Positions 40,282 to 49,221 of a stretch of DNA of 53,307 nucleotides are shown here, in pieces. The stretch is from contig JAAXZZ010000060.1 in NCBI GenBank assembly GCA_012719655.1, positions 1 through 53,307 of the forward strand. Reading direction: 5' to 3'. Each line of letters opens with the position of its first letter. The stretch's first letter is position 1. This DNA is from Gammaproteobacteria bacterium (GTDB lineage Bacteria; Pseudomonadota; Gammaproteobacteria; Pseudomonadales; Pseudomonadaceae). The position numbers were made by a program, and so were the translations under genes. The notes below the pieces were generated by a model. That model was not told the origin of the DNA, did no database searches, and was given only the letters and a program-made list of their open reading frames with translations.

Positions 40282-40848
40282 ATGCCTCAATCTCAATCTG
40301 CTTATACCTCATTTGCTGCTTTACTCAACACCAGCGGCCATTGTGTCTCACCCGCCGAACTGCAAGGTTTACTGCTCGGCCGCTGCTGTGCAGGCGCAGG
40401 TTTTACTGCACAGGGCTGGCTTGAAGAAGCGCAAGATTTGTTCGATAGCGAAATACCCAGCAGCCTACATGCTGCATTACTGGGCTTACAAGAAATGGTC
40501 AAAGCTGAGCTCATCGCACAAAGTAGTGTCTCGCTAACTTTATTGTTGCCTCACGATGATGAGCCCTTAGCAGAACGCACCCTCGCTATTGGCCAATGGG
40601 CACAAGGTTTTCTCAGTGGCTTCGGTGGCAATATCGGCGACACTGAACTGTCTAAAGATGTACGTGAAATTCTTGAAGACTTGATTTCCATTGCGCAAAT
40701 TCAAGTCGATGACGAAGAAGATGAAGAGGGTGAAATGGCCTATATGGAAATCAACGAATATTTGCGCGTTGCTCCATTGTTCATTTTCACTGAATGCGCC
40801 AATTACATAGCACCCAACACTGACGAAGAAACACCTGCCGTACACTAA
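40282..40848 (+). CDS. UPF0149 (YgfB) family protein
   Basis: SPAELQGLLLG, WAQGFLSGFG, EINEYLRV; upstream of pepP. Confidence 0.88.
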   Translation: MPQSQSAYTSFAALLNTSGHCVSPAELQGLLLGRCCAGAGFTAQGWLEEAQDLFDSEIPSSLHAALLGLQEMVKAELIAQSSVSLTLLLPHDDEPLAERTLAIGQWAQGFLSGFGGNIGDTELSKDVREILEDLISIAQIQVDDEEDEEGEMAYMEINEYLRVAPLFIFTECANYIAPNTDEETPAVH

Positions 40849-40866
40849 CTTAAGGAGCCACAGTAC

Positions 40867-42201
40867 ATGCGCTCAATCAGCCCATCTGAGTACGCCCAAC
40901 GCCGCCAACACCTGATGCAACGCATGACGCCCAACAGCATTGCGATCTTGCCGGCAGCTGCCATCAGCACCCGTAACAGCAGCGTTGAATACCCATATCG
41001 GCAGCACAGTGACTTTTTCTATTTATCTGGATTTGCTGAGCCAGAAGCAGTACTGGTATTAATTCCTAAGCGTGTGCACGGTGAGTTCATCATCTTTTGT
41101 CGGGAACGCAATCCTGAACGCGAGCTATGGGATGGTCTGCGTGCCGGGCAAGAGGGGGTGATTGCCGATTATCAAGCCGATGATGCCTTCCCGATCAACG
41201 ACATTGATGACATTTTGCCTGGCTTAATTGAAGGCCGCGATCGCGTCTATTACTCCATTGGTAACAACCCTGAATTTGATCAGCAAATGATGGAGTGGCT
41301 CAACAGTATTCGCAGCAAAGCACGAATGGGCGCACAGCCTCCAAAAGAGTTTGTGGTCCTCGATCACCTACTGCACGATGCCCGTCTGCGTAAAAGCCCT
41401 GCAGAAATCGCCACCATGCAACGGGCTGCTGAGGTTTCTTGCCGCGCCCATATCCGCGCGATGCAAGCCTGTAAAGCGGGCCTCTACGAATACCACTTGG
41501 AAGCCGAATTGGATTATGAGTTTCGTAAAGGCGGCGCCCGACTACCAGCCTATTCATCGATTGTTGCTAGCGGTCAAAACGCCTGTATTTTGCATTACAC
41601 CGACAACAATGCGCTGCTGCAGGATGGCGATTTAGTGCTGATTGATGCCGGTTGTGAAATTGACTGCTATGCCAGCGATATCACCCGCACCTTCCCGGTC
41701 AATGGTCGTTTCAGTGCTGAGCAAAAAGCCATTTATGAAATCGTTCTGCAAGCGAACCTTGAGGCGATGAACTATATCTCGCCGCAGCACCGCTGGAATG
41801 ATGCCCATGACGCTACAGTACGAGTGATTACTGCAGGCTTATTAGCCCTTGGTTTGCTGCAAGGTGAGCTCGATGAGCTGATTGCCAGCGAAGCTTACAA
41901 ACCTTTTTACATGCACCGTGCAGGACACTGGCTCGGTTTAGATGTGCATGATGTTGGCGATTATAAAGTACATGGCCAATGGCGCATGCTCGAAGTGGGC
42001 ATGACCATGACTGTAGAACCTGGCATCTATATTGCCATCGACAACTTAAGTGTACCGGCACAATGGCGTGGTATTGGTGTGCGCATTGAAGATGACGTGG
42101 TGGTTACTGAAAATGGCTGCCAGATTCTCACCAACGCCGTACCCAAAACCGTCGAAGCCATTGAGCAACTGATGGCTGCCGCGCAGCAAACAGGAGTTTA
42201 A
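40867..42201 (+). CDS. pepP: Xaa-Pro aminopeptidase
   Basis: YRQHSDFFYLSG, IDAGCE, YASDITRT, HWLGLDVHD, EPGIY, GVRIEDD. Confidence 0.96.
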   Translation: MRSISPSEYAQRRQHLMQRMTPNSIAILPAAAISTRNSSVEYPYRQHSDFFYLSGFAEPEAVLVLIPKRVHGEFIIFCRERNPERELWDGLRAGQEGVIADYQADDAFPINDIDDILPGLIEGRDRVYYSIGNNPEFDQQMMEWLNSIRSKARMGAQPPKEFVVLDHLLHDARLRKSPAEIATMQRAAEVSCRAHIRAMQACKAGLYEYHLEAELDYEFRKGGARLPAYSSIVASGQNACILHYTDNNALLQDGDLVLIDAGCEIDCYASDITRTFPVNGRFSAEQKAIYEIVLQANLEAMNYISPQHRWNDAHDATVRVITAGLLALGLLQGELDELIASEAYKPFYMHRAGHWLGLDVHDVGDYKVHGQWRMLEVGMTMTVEPGIYIAIDNLSVPAQWRGIGVRIEDDVVVTENGCQILTNAVPKTVEAIEQLMAAAQQTGV

Positions 42202-42204
42202 GTC

Positions 42205-43401
42205 ATGAGCCGGGTGCAAATCGTGATTATTGGCGGCGGCTTAGTTGGCGCCAGCCTCGCTTTAGCGCTACAAGCAGGGGCACGGCAACGGCAGTGGAAA
42301 ATTGTCCTGATCGAGCCCTATGCACCCGGCGACAGCTATCAGCCGAGCTACGATGCGCGCGCTTCGGCTTTGTCATATGGCAGTCAACAAATTTATCAGC
42401 GCTTAGGCCTATGGCCGTCAATCGCACCACGTGCTGAAGCGATTAACAATATTCATATTTCCGACCGCGGTCTCTTTGCCGCAGCACGCATCAGTGCCGC
42501 CGAAGAAGGCGTGCCCGCCTTAGGTTATGTGGTGGAAAATGCTTGGCTGGGGCATTGCTTATGGGCTGCCTTAGACAGCGATACTGTCGAATGGCGTTGC
42601 CCAGCCAGCGTTGAGCAGATGCAAACACTCAACGATGGCTACCGTCTGCAGCTGGATGATGGCAGCAGTCTTGATTGCGATTTGGCTATTTTAGCCGACG
42701 GTGGCCGCTCAGGCCTACGTGAGCAGCTGGGCATTCACGCGCAAACCACAGCCTATGGTCAAACCGCCTTAATCAGCAATATCAGCACTGCTCGGCCGCA
42801 CCAAGGTTTAGCTTTTGAGCGTTTTACCGATGATGGCCCCATGGCTTTACTGCCTCTAGCAGATAACCGTTGCGTCCTTATTTGGACGCGCGAGCCAGCC
42901 GAAGCACAGCGCTTGTATACCTTGCCTGACCCAGAGTTTTTGCAAGAGCTGCAGGCCTGTTTTGGCTACCGCTTGGGCGCCATTGAGCAGGTTGGCAGCC
43001 GTCATCTGTATCCATTAAGTTTGATCGAAAGCAGCGAACAAGTGCGCAGCCATTTAGTCGTTCTAGGGAATGCAGCACACAGTTTGCATCCTGTTGCTGG
43101 TCAAGGGTACAACCTCTCGTTGCGCGACAGCATGGCCTTGGCTGAATGTTTATTAGCCGGCCCTGAAACGCCTGGTGATTTAGCCACTTTGCAGCGTTTT
43201 CAGAACAATCAACAACTTGATCAAGAGCTAACCATTGGCTTTTCTGATCGCGTCACTCGTTTATTTTCAACCGCTCAGCCCTTACTGGCCAGCGGGCGTA
43301 ATTTGGGCTTACTCGGCCTCGATCTCTTACCACCGGCCAAGCGCTGGTTTGCTCGTCAGGCGATGGGGCTTGGCATACGCGGCACACAGGATAAAGTTTA
43401 G
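42205..43401 (+). CDS. ubiH: 2-octaprenyl-6-methoxyphenol hydroxylase
   Basis: GGGLVG, GNAAHSLHPVAGQGYNL, RQAMG; operon position. Confidence 0.92.
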   Translation: MSRVQIVIIGGGLVGASLALALQAGARQRQWKIVLIEPYAPGDSYQPSYDARASALSYGSQQIYQRLGLWPSIAPRAEAINNIHISDRGLFAAARISAAEEGVPALGYVVENAWLGHCLWAALDSDTVEWRCPASVEQMQTLNDGYRLQLDDGSSLDCDLAILADGGRSGLREQLGIHAQTTAYGQTALISNISTARPHQGLAFERFTDDGPMALLPLADNRCVLIWTREPAEAQRLYTLPDPEFLQELQACFGYRLGAIEQVGSRHLYPLSLIESSEQVRSHLVVLGNAAHSLHPVAGQGYNLSLRDSMALAECLLAGPETPGDLATLQRFQNNQQLDQELTIGFSDRVTRLFSTAQPLLASGRNLGLLGLDLLPPAKRWFARQAMGLGIRGTQDKV

Positions 43402-43898
43402 TGATGCAAAATAAAAAACTGGCCCGCAAAGTACGCTTTTTACGTTGGCTGCTCAATTTTTACCCGCCTTATTTAGGCGCAGGGGTAAAGGTACGCTATA
43501 TCAGTTCTGACTTTCGTGAAGTGCGCGTGAGCATGGGCTTAAAATGGTACAACCGTAACTATGTACGCACCCAGTTTGGTGGTTCGCTGTATTCCATGAC
43601 CGACCCGTTCTATATGTTAATGCTGATGGAAAATCTCGGACGCGACTATGTGGTATGGGATAAAGCGGCACATATTGAATTTATCAGTCCAGGTCAAGGT
43701 ACCGTACATGCCGAGTTCAAGATTGATGAAGACATGCTCGACACGATTCGCGAGCATACTGCTGCAAGCGAGAAGTACTTACCCAACTATCAAGTGGAGG
43801 TGCGCGATGATCACGGCACCTTAGTCGCACGGGTGGATAAAACCTTGTATATCCGTCGTAAACCTCAAGCCCAGCTTACTGATAAAGCCCCAGCCTAG
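43401..43898 (+). CDS. DUF4442 / PaaI-like hotdog-fold protein
   Basis: YPPYLGAG, NRNYVRTQFGGSLYSMTDPF, VWDK. Confidence 0.82.
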   Translation: MMQNKKLARKVRFLRWLLNFYPPYLGAGVKVRYISSDFREVRVSMGLKWYNRNYVRTQFGGSLYSMTDPFYMLMLMENLGRDYVVWDKAAHIEFISPGQGTVHAEFKIDEDMLDTIREHTAASEKYLPNYQVEVRDDHGTLVARVDKTLYIRRKPQAQLTDKAPA

Positions 43899-43907
43899 GA
43901 GCTCAAT

Positions 43908-45125
43908 ATGCACGCAGATTTAATCATCGTTGGTGCCGGTATGGTTGGCAGCACCCTCGCCCTAGCCTTAAAAGACAGCGGCTTGAACATCCTCTTACTC
44001 GATGGCAGCCCGCTCAGTGTTGCACCCTTTAATCCCGAGCAAGGTTTCGAGCCTAGAGTCAGTGCCTTATCAATCGCCAGTCAGCGTATTTTAGAACGGG
44101 TGAATGCTTGGCCTAGTATTCTAAAACGCCGCACCAGCCCCTATCGTGACATGCATGTATGGGACGGTTCTGGCACAGGTAAAATACACTTCTCAGCCAG
44201 CAGCGTGCATGCCGATACGCTCGGCCATATTGTTGAAAACCGTATCGTGCAAGACGCATTACTGGAGCAACTGCACGAATCAGAAATCGGCTTACTGGCC
44301 TACTCCAAAGTTGAACAACTGCGACGCTCCGGTGATGGCTGGTTGCTCCAGTTAGAAGATGGTAGTGAGTTGCGCAGCCCTCTTTTGATTGCAGCCGACG
44401 GTGCAAACTCTGCAGTGCGCCGCCTGGCCGGCTGTGCCACACGCGAGTGGGATTATCTACACCATGCCATTGTCACCAGCGTACGCTGTGAAAAGCCTCA
44501 TCAATACACCGCTTGGCAACGTTTCACCGATGACGGTCCTCTCGCCTTACTGCCCTTACAGCATAACGATGGCAAAAACTGGTGCTCAATTGTTTGGTCA
44601 GTTCCTGCAGAGCAGGCCGAGCAAATCATGGCGCTCAAGGATGACGACTTTTGCGTCGCACTTGGGCAAGCCAGCGAGCAGCGCTTAGGAAACATTCAAC
44701 ATGCTGATCCTCGCTATAGCATTGCTTTGCGCCAGCGGCATGCCAAACGTTATGTTGAACCTGGCCTTGCTTTGATTGGTGATGCCGCACACACAATTCA
44801 TCCGCTGGCCGGACAAGGGGTCAACCTTGGTTTTTTAGATGCGGCGGTGTTAGCCGAAGTATTGCTCAGCGCACTAAAACGCGGGGAAAGCTTTGCCAGC
44901 GAGCGCGTCCTCAGCCGCTTTGAACGTCGTCGCATGCCACATAACTTAGCGATGATGGCGGCTATGGAAGGCTTTCAACATTTATTCCAAGCCGATGCCT
45001 TAGCCATTCGCTGGCTGCGCAATAGCGGCCTCAATGCGGTCAATAATCTCAGCGAAGCCAAAGTGCTGTTTATCCGCCAAGCCCTTGGCTTAGGTATCGA
45101 TCTCCCTGACCTCGCTAAAGCCTAA
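43908..45125 (+). CDS. ubiI: FAD-dependent ubiquinone hydroxylase UbiI/VisC
   Basis: GAGMVG, RVSAL, ADGANS, GDAAHTIHPLAGQGVNLG. Confidence 0.85.
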   Translation: MHADLIIVGAGMVGSTLALALKDSGLNILLLDGSPLSVAPFNPEQGFEPRVSALSIASQRILERVNAWPSILKRRTSPYRDMHVWDGSGTGKIHFSASSVHADTLGHIVENRIVQDALLEQLHESEIGLLAYSKVEQLRRSGDGWLLQLEDGSELRSPLLIAADGANSAVRRLAGCATREWDYLHHAIVTSVRCEKPHQYTAWQRFTDDGPLALLPLQHNDGKNWCSIVWSVPAEQAEQIMALKDDDFCVALGQASEQRLGNIQHADPRYSIALRQRHAKRYVEPGLALIGDAAHTIHPLAGQGVNLGFLDAAVLAEVLLSALKRGESFASERVLSRFERRRMPHNLAMMAAMEGFQHLFQADALAIRWLRNSGLNAVNNLSEAKVLFIRQALGLGIDLPDLAKA

Positions 45126-45249
45126 TGAGCCTGTGCAGCGGCAATCAGCGCCTGCTGCACGTTCTAACGAAACAAAAATAACCTTTACTAATGATCTGTC
45201 TTGGCGACAATCCGTCGCAAGCACTGTACTTATTTTGGTTGATAAACTA

Positions 45250-45268
45250 AATGCAAGTAACTATCATT
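45250..45268 (+). promoter_or_regulatory. Fur box-like site
   Basis: aatgcaagtaactatcatt, an imperfect 7-1-7 dyad 28 bp before the Fe-binding protein start. Confidence 0.6.
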
Positions 45269-45296
45269 TACACAATTTCACCAAACAGAGGTCGCC

Positions 45297-46298
45297 ATGT
45301 CGATTCGTAAACCTATTCTTGCCGCACTCGCACTCAGCGTTTTTGCTGGCCATGTTCAAGCAGCAGACGATATCGTTGTTTACTCTTCACGCATCGACGA
45401 ATTAATCAAACCGGTTTTTGATAAATACACGGCAAAAACTGGCGTGAACATCAAGTTTATTACCGATAAAGAAGCACCACTAATGGCGCGTCTAAGGGCT
45501 GAAGGGGCTAACACTCCAGCAGATATTCAGATCACCGTGGACGCCGGAAACCTTTGGCAAGCAGAGCAAATGGGTATTTTACAACCACTCAACTCTGAAA
45601 AAATCAAAGCCAATATTCCTGCACAATACCGTTCGAGCACTGATGGCTGGACCGGTTTATCTTTGCGCGCACGGACCATTGTTTACTCAACGGATCGCGT
45701 TGATCCAAAAGAATTAAGCACCTACGAAGCTTTGGCCGATGAAAACTGGGACGGCCGCCTATGCTTACGTACCAGTAAAAAAGTCTACAACCAATCTCTG
45801 ACTGCAACCTTGATCGAAACACATGGTGCCGAGAAGACTGAAAAACTGGTTAAAGGCTGGATCAATAACTTAGCCACTGATGTGTTCTCTGATGACACCG
45901 CGCTGCTCGAAGCTATCAATGCCGGCCAGTGTGATGTGGGTATCGTCAATACCTATTACTTCGGTCGTTTACACAAACAAAACCCTGATTTAAAAGTAAA
46001 ACTGTTCTGGCCTAACCAAGACGACCGCGGCGTACATGTCAACTTGTCTGGCGCTGGTATTACCAAATACGCACCGCATGCTGACGAGGCTCGTAAACTT
46101 TTAGAATGGATGACGACTGACGAAGCGCAGAGCATCTTTGCTGGAGTAAACCAAGAGTTCCCAGCTAACCCAAGCGTGGCCCCTTCTGAAGAAGTGGCGG
46201 CTTGGGGCGAGTTCAAAGCTGACACCATCCCGGTCGAAGTGGCGGGCAAGCGTCAAGCTGAAGCCATTCGTTTAATGGACCGTGCGGGCTGGCGTTAA
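45297..46298 (+). CDS. Fe(III) ABC transporter periplasmic binding protein (FbpA/FutA family)
   Basis: [26 protein letters not shown] tyrosine ligands, signal peptide. Confidence 0.9.
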   Translation: MSIRKPILAALALSVFAGHVQAADDIVVYSSRIDELIKPVFDKYTAKTGVNIKFITDKEAPLMARLRAEGANTPADIQITVDAGNLWQAEQMGILQPLNSEKIKANIPAQYRSSTDGWTGLSLRARTIVYSTDRVDPKELSTYEALADENWDGRLCLRTSKKVYNQSLTATLIETHGAEKTEKLVKGWINNLATDVFSDDTALLEAINAGQCDVGIVNTYYFGRLHKQNPDLKVKLFWPNQDDRGVHVNLSGAGITKYAPHADEARKLLEWMTTDEAQSIFAGVNQEFPANPSVAPSEEVAAWGEFKADTIPVEVAGKRQAEAIRLMDRAGWR

Positions 46299-46314
46299 GC
46301 GCTCAACCGCAACC

Positions 46315-46346
46315 ACAACAAGCCGCCTTTAGGGCGGTTTGTTGTT
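46315..46346. terminator. Bidirectional terminator
   Basis: acaacaagccgcc/ggcggtttgttgt between convergent genes. Confidence 0.65.
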
Positions 46347-46937
46347 TCTAGGGGGATTGAGTACTTGCAACACGCTGACGCCACGTGTGGCCTCACTTAA
46401 CGCTGCTTGCAAGCCAGCCAACTGGGTATCCGGAACCGCCAGAGCGAGCCAAGCGCCTTCGGCATCAAACTCTTCACTGTTAAGCACTGCACCAGCGTCG
46501 GCAATACGCACTTTGAAAATATCCAAATAGCTATAGGGGCAATGGCCGGTTACAGTGATGCGCGGCACCCACACTTCACTGCTGGCCAACTGCAACACTT
46601 GTGTGGCACAACCTCCATAAGCTCGAGCTAAACCGCCAGTACCCAATTGAATACCGCCATACCAACGTGTCACCACGATCAACACTTGATCAAACGCTTG
46701 GTTTTCAATCGCCGCTAAGATCGGTCGCCCAGCCGTGCCGCCAGGCTCACCATCATCGCTAAAACGTTGCTGCTGGGCACAACGCCACGCCCAACAATTA
46801 TGCGACGCACTGGGCGTACTCAACTGAGCAATCAACTGTGTAGCCTGCTCGCTATTTGGCAGTGGTACTGCTTGCGCGAGAAAGCGACTCTTACGAATCT
46901 CTTCTTGGTAACTCTGTGCTGCTTTGAGTATGCGCAT
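46329..46937 (-). CDS. yigZ: IMPACT/YigZ family protein
   Basis: IRKSRF, ASHNCWA, SDDGEPGGTAG, VTRWYGGIQLGTGGL. Confidence 0.9.
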   Translation of the reverse strand: MRILKAAQSYQEEIRKSRFLAQAVPLPNSEQATQLIAQLSTPSASHNCWAWRCAQQQRFSDDGEPGGTAGRPILAAIENQAFDQVLIVVTRWYGGIQLGTGGLARAYGGCATQVLQLASSEVWVPRITVTGHCPYSYLDIFKVRIADAGAVLNSEEFDAEGAWLALAVPDTQLAGLQAALSEATRGVSVLQVLNPPRNNKPP

Positions 46938-46940
46938 TGG

Positions 46941-47597
46941 TTAAATCAGGGTAAAAATATCATCTATCGCTAAACGCGATTTCGGTAGGCTAGCATTAAA
47001 GTCGCTGTCAGCCCGATAACCTAAGGCCACCGCAGTCACCGCGGTCAAATCAAATGAGTTTAAATCAAACTCTGCATCCAATACTGCTTGGTCAATGCCT
47101 TCTAATGGCACAGCATCGATCTCAAGTAGTGCGGCACCCAATAAGAAACTACCCATGTTCAAGTACACTTGTTTTTCCAACCAGTGCGGCACGTCTTTTT
47201 TTATGTATTTATGTTCATTTAGATAGGCTACACGGGTGTTATGCGCAGCGATTTTTACTTCTGGCTTGGCGGTAAAACGGCCATCGCGCTCTTCCGCGGC
47301 GAGGACGTTTTGTAGATGCGCCTCATCCACTTGTGTCCGCGCACAAAACAGCACCACATGCGATGCATTGAGAATCTTACTTTCGTTATAACTGTAGCTA
47401 CCACCAGCGCCTTTGGCTAAGCGCGCTTTGCCTTGTTCAGTGCTGGCGACAATAAAATGCCAGGGCTGGATATTGGTGCTCGACGGGCTCAAGCGCAGCA
47501 GAGCAAACAACTGCTCAACCACAGCCTCAGGTAGTTTTTTAGTCGCATCAAAGGCCTTAGTGGCATAGCGACGGTTTAATGCATCAATTAATTGCAT
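46941..47597 (-). CDS. nfsB: Oxygen-insensitive NAD(P)H nitroreductase
   Basis: RYATKAFD, SPSSTNIQPWHF, KQVYLNMG, PLEG, LPKSRL. Confidence 0.88.
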   Translation of the reverse strand: MQLIDALNRRYATKAFDATKKLPEAVVEQLFALLRLSPSSTNIQPWHFIVASTEQGKARLAKGAGGSYSYNESKILNASHVVLFCARTQVDEAHLQNVLAAEERDGRFTAKPEVKIAAHNTRVAYLNEHKYIKKDVPHWLEKQVYLNMGSFLLGAALLEIDAVPLEGIDQAVLDAEFDLNSFDLTAVTAVALGYRADSDFNASLPKSRLAIDDIFTLI

Positions 47598-47727
47598 AGC
47601 AACCTCTTTTATTCATCATTCAAGCGAACTCTATTAGCAATCAGCCTACAGGTATTGTGTCACGAGCTAAAGACGAGCAATAGCAGTCTTGCGCAGGATT
47701 GACTTGTGCTTTTAGAGACGAGCTAAA

Positions 47728-47872
47728 AACTCGCAAACAACATCACTGATCAATGAGTGCCTTGTTCATGCGGCGACAAGCGCAACCAGGGAGGGCGTAG
47801 CCCCGAATCGGGTCAGGAGGACCCGTTGAGGGATAAGCGACACCCACAAGGGACGGCATGCGCATAACGTTC
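47728..47872 (+). repeat. Structured ~140-bp element, copy 1
   Basis: aactcgcaaacaac...gatcaatgagtgccttgt...acaagggacggcatgcgcataacgttc. Confidence 0.75.
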
Positions 47873-47905
47873 TGGATATTTTGCTTGTTGCTGAAACTGA
47901 CAAAT

Positions 47906-48041
47906 ACGTTTTGTGCATATCGTACTTCGGGGTAAGTGTTCATCCGTCGATGAACCCATCAGGGTTCAACTCCGGCGCTCGCCATCCTTGGCTCGCTTAC
48001 CACACCAACCCCGAAGCACTCGTTGATCATTGGCGTTGTTG
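47906..48041 (-). repeat. Structured element, copy 2 (inverted, diverged)
   Basis: Minus strand: caacaacgccaatgatcaacgagtgcttcggggt...accccgaagtacgatatgcacaaaacgt. Confidence 0.65.
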
Positions 48042-48105
48042 GAACTATTGCAGTTTCAGTCCGCTGCACATAACCAACTATTTGCTTTAAAAACATCATA
48101 CGCCA

Positions 48106-48250
48106 AACTTGCAGGCAACACCGATAGTCAATGAGTACCTTGTGGGTGTCGCGACGAGCGAGTCATGGATGACGAAGCGCCCGAATCGAGGCAGGATGCC
48201 TCGTTGAGGGAATAGCAATACCCACAAGGGACGGCATGCGCATAGCGTTC
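48106..48250 (+). repeat. Structured element, copy 3
   Basis: aacttgcaggcaac...tcaatgagtaccttgtgggt...acccacaagggacggcatgcgcatagcgttc. Confidence 0.75.
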
Positions 48251-48297
48251 AGGCCACTTTGTTATGCTAAAAAGCAATCTCGCGGCGTAAATTGTAC

Positions 48298-48320
48298 TGC
48301 GGGCAGGCTGCCCGCGCTCC
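48298..48320 (-). repeat. REP-like palindrome (GGAG-headed)
   Basis: Minus strand ggagc-gcgggca-gcc-tgcccgc-a. Confidence 0.55.
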
Positions 48321-48321
48321 G

Positions 48322-48355
48322 AACTTGCAAACAACGCTGAGGATCAATGAGTACC
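48322..48355 (+). repeat. Structured element, 5' fragment (copy 4)
   Basis: aacttgcaaacaacgctgaggatcaatgagtacc, after which similarity stops. Confidence 0.65.
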
Positions 48356-48430
48356 ACCGTAAGTGACTCCTCCTCAGAAATGATCAGCTTATATCGCCAT
48401 GCTAACGCCCAGCCCGTTGCAATCTTGAGG

Positions 48431-48646
48431 CTACAGCCAACCCTGACGCCAATGTTCAGTGCTTTTTAACTCCTGCCAATCAATCGCTGCCGATCGATTG
48501 GAAATCACCGCCTCCAGCAAGCAATGGATAACATTACCTTCTTCATCAAACTCCACCTCGGTGACCAAGAAGTGTTTTTCTCTCTTAACGGGATGCACCG
48601 CCGTCCACTTACTGTGCAATAGTTTTTTAGGGTTAATTCGATTCAT
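48431..48646 (-). CDS. TIGR02450 family Trp-rich protein
   Basis: INPKKLLHSKWTA..P..REKHFLV, LEAV, W..GW. Confidence 0.88.
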   Translation of the reverse strand: MNRINPKKLLHSKWTAVHPVKREKHFLVTEVEFDEEGNVIHCLLEAVISNRSAAIDWQELKSTEHWRQGWL

Positions 48647-48784
48647 CACACGCGCCTCACACCATTATTTATCAACTGACCAATTACCCTACAGCAGCAA
48701 CAGAAAACCGCCTTATAGCAACCTCTGCAATCGAGCTTAGATTTTTGCTAAGCTGGCGGCTGTTACAACCATCCTCTGCAATCC

Positions 48785-49213
48785 ATGATAGAAAAGGTTA
48801 ATGCAGTGCCAATCATTCTTCCCTCAACAGAAAGCATGACTGTCGAATTTAAAAGCGATCGCAACGGCTACCCTGATCACGAACTGATTGAAGCTTTGAC
48901 CTGCCTCGCCAATTCGCAAGGCGGCGAACTGTGGCTCGGAGTCGAAGACAATGGCAGCGCCAGTGGTTTACATCCCCGTCACCAAGATACTCTCAAGCTT
49001 ACTCAGTTGATTGCTGACAACACCTCGCCCGCTTTACAGGTCACTATCAAACAACATCAGATCAACGGCGTTACTGTCGCGCAAATTCTTGTGCCTGAAG
49101 CAAAACGCTTAGTCGCCACCAAGGACGGTGCTTATTTACGGCGTCGCCTTAAACACGATGACACCCCAGAATGCATTCATATTCCCTCGAACGATGAGCC
49201 ACAACCTCGTTAA
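48785..49213 (+). CDS. Stand-alone, probably truncated, AlbA_2/Schlafen-like domain protein
   Basis: ESMTVEFKS, LANSQGGELWLGVEDNG, YLRR; ends 8 bp before the convergent photolyase stop. Confidence 0.75.
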   Translation: MIEKVNAVPIILPSTESMTVEFKSDRNGYPDHELIEALTCLANSQGGELWLGVEDNGSASGLHPRHQDTLKLTQLIADNTSPALQVTIKQHQINGVTVAQILVPEAKRLVATKDGAYLRRRLKHDDTPECIHIPSNDEPQPR

Positions 49214-49221
49214 CGGGCTAT

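Noticed and set aside
47743-48334. Short ORFs across the repeat cluster
   Set aside because: No recognisable motifs or SD; shared peptide bits simply reflect the DNA repeats.
47728-48355. Repeat cluster as a CRISPR array, attC array or type III antitoxin for the AlbA_2 ORF
   Set aside because: Mixed orientation, irregular spacing and diverged copies; no cas gene or integrase; not directly upstream of AlbA_2, since TIGR02450 intervenes.
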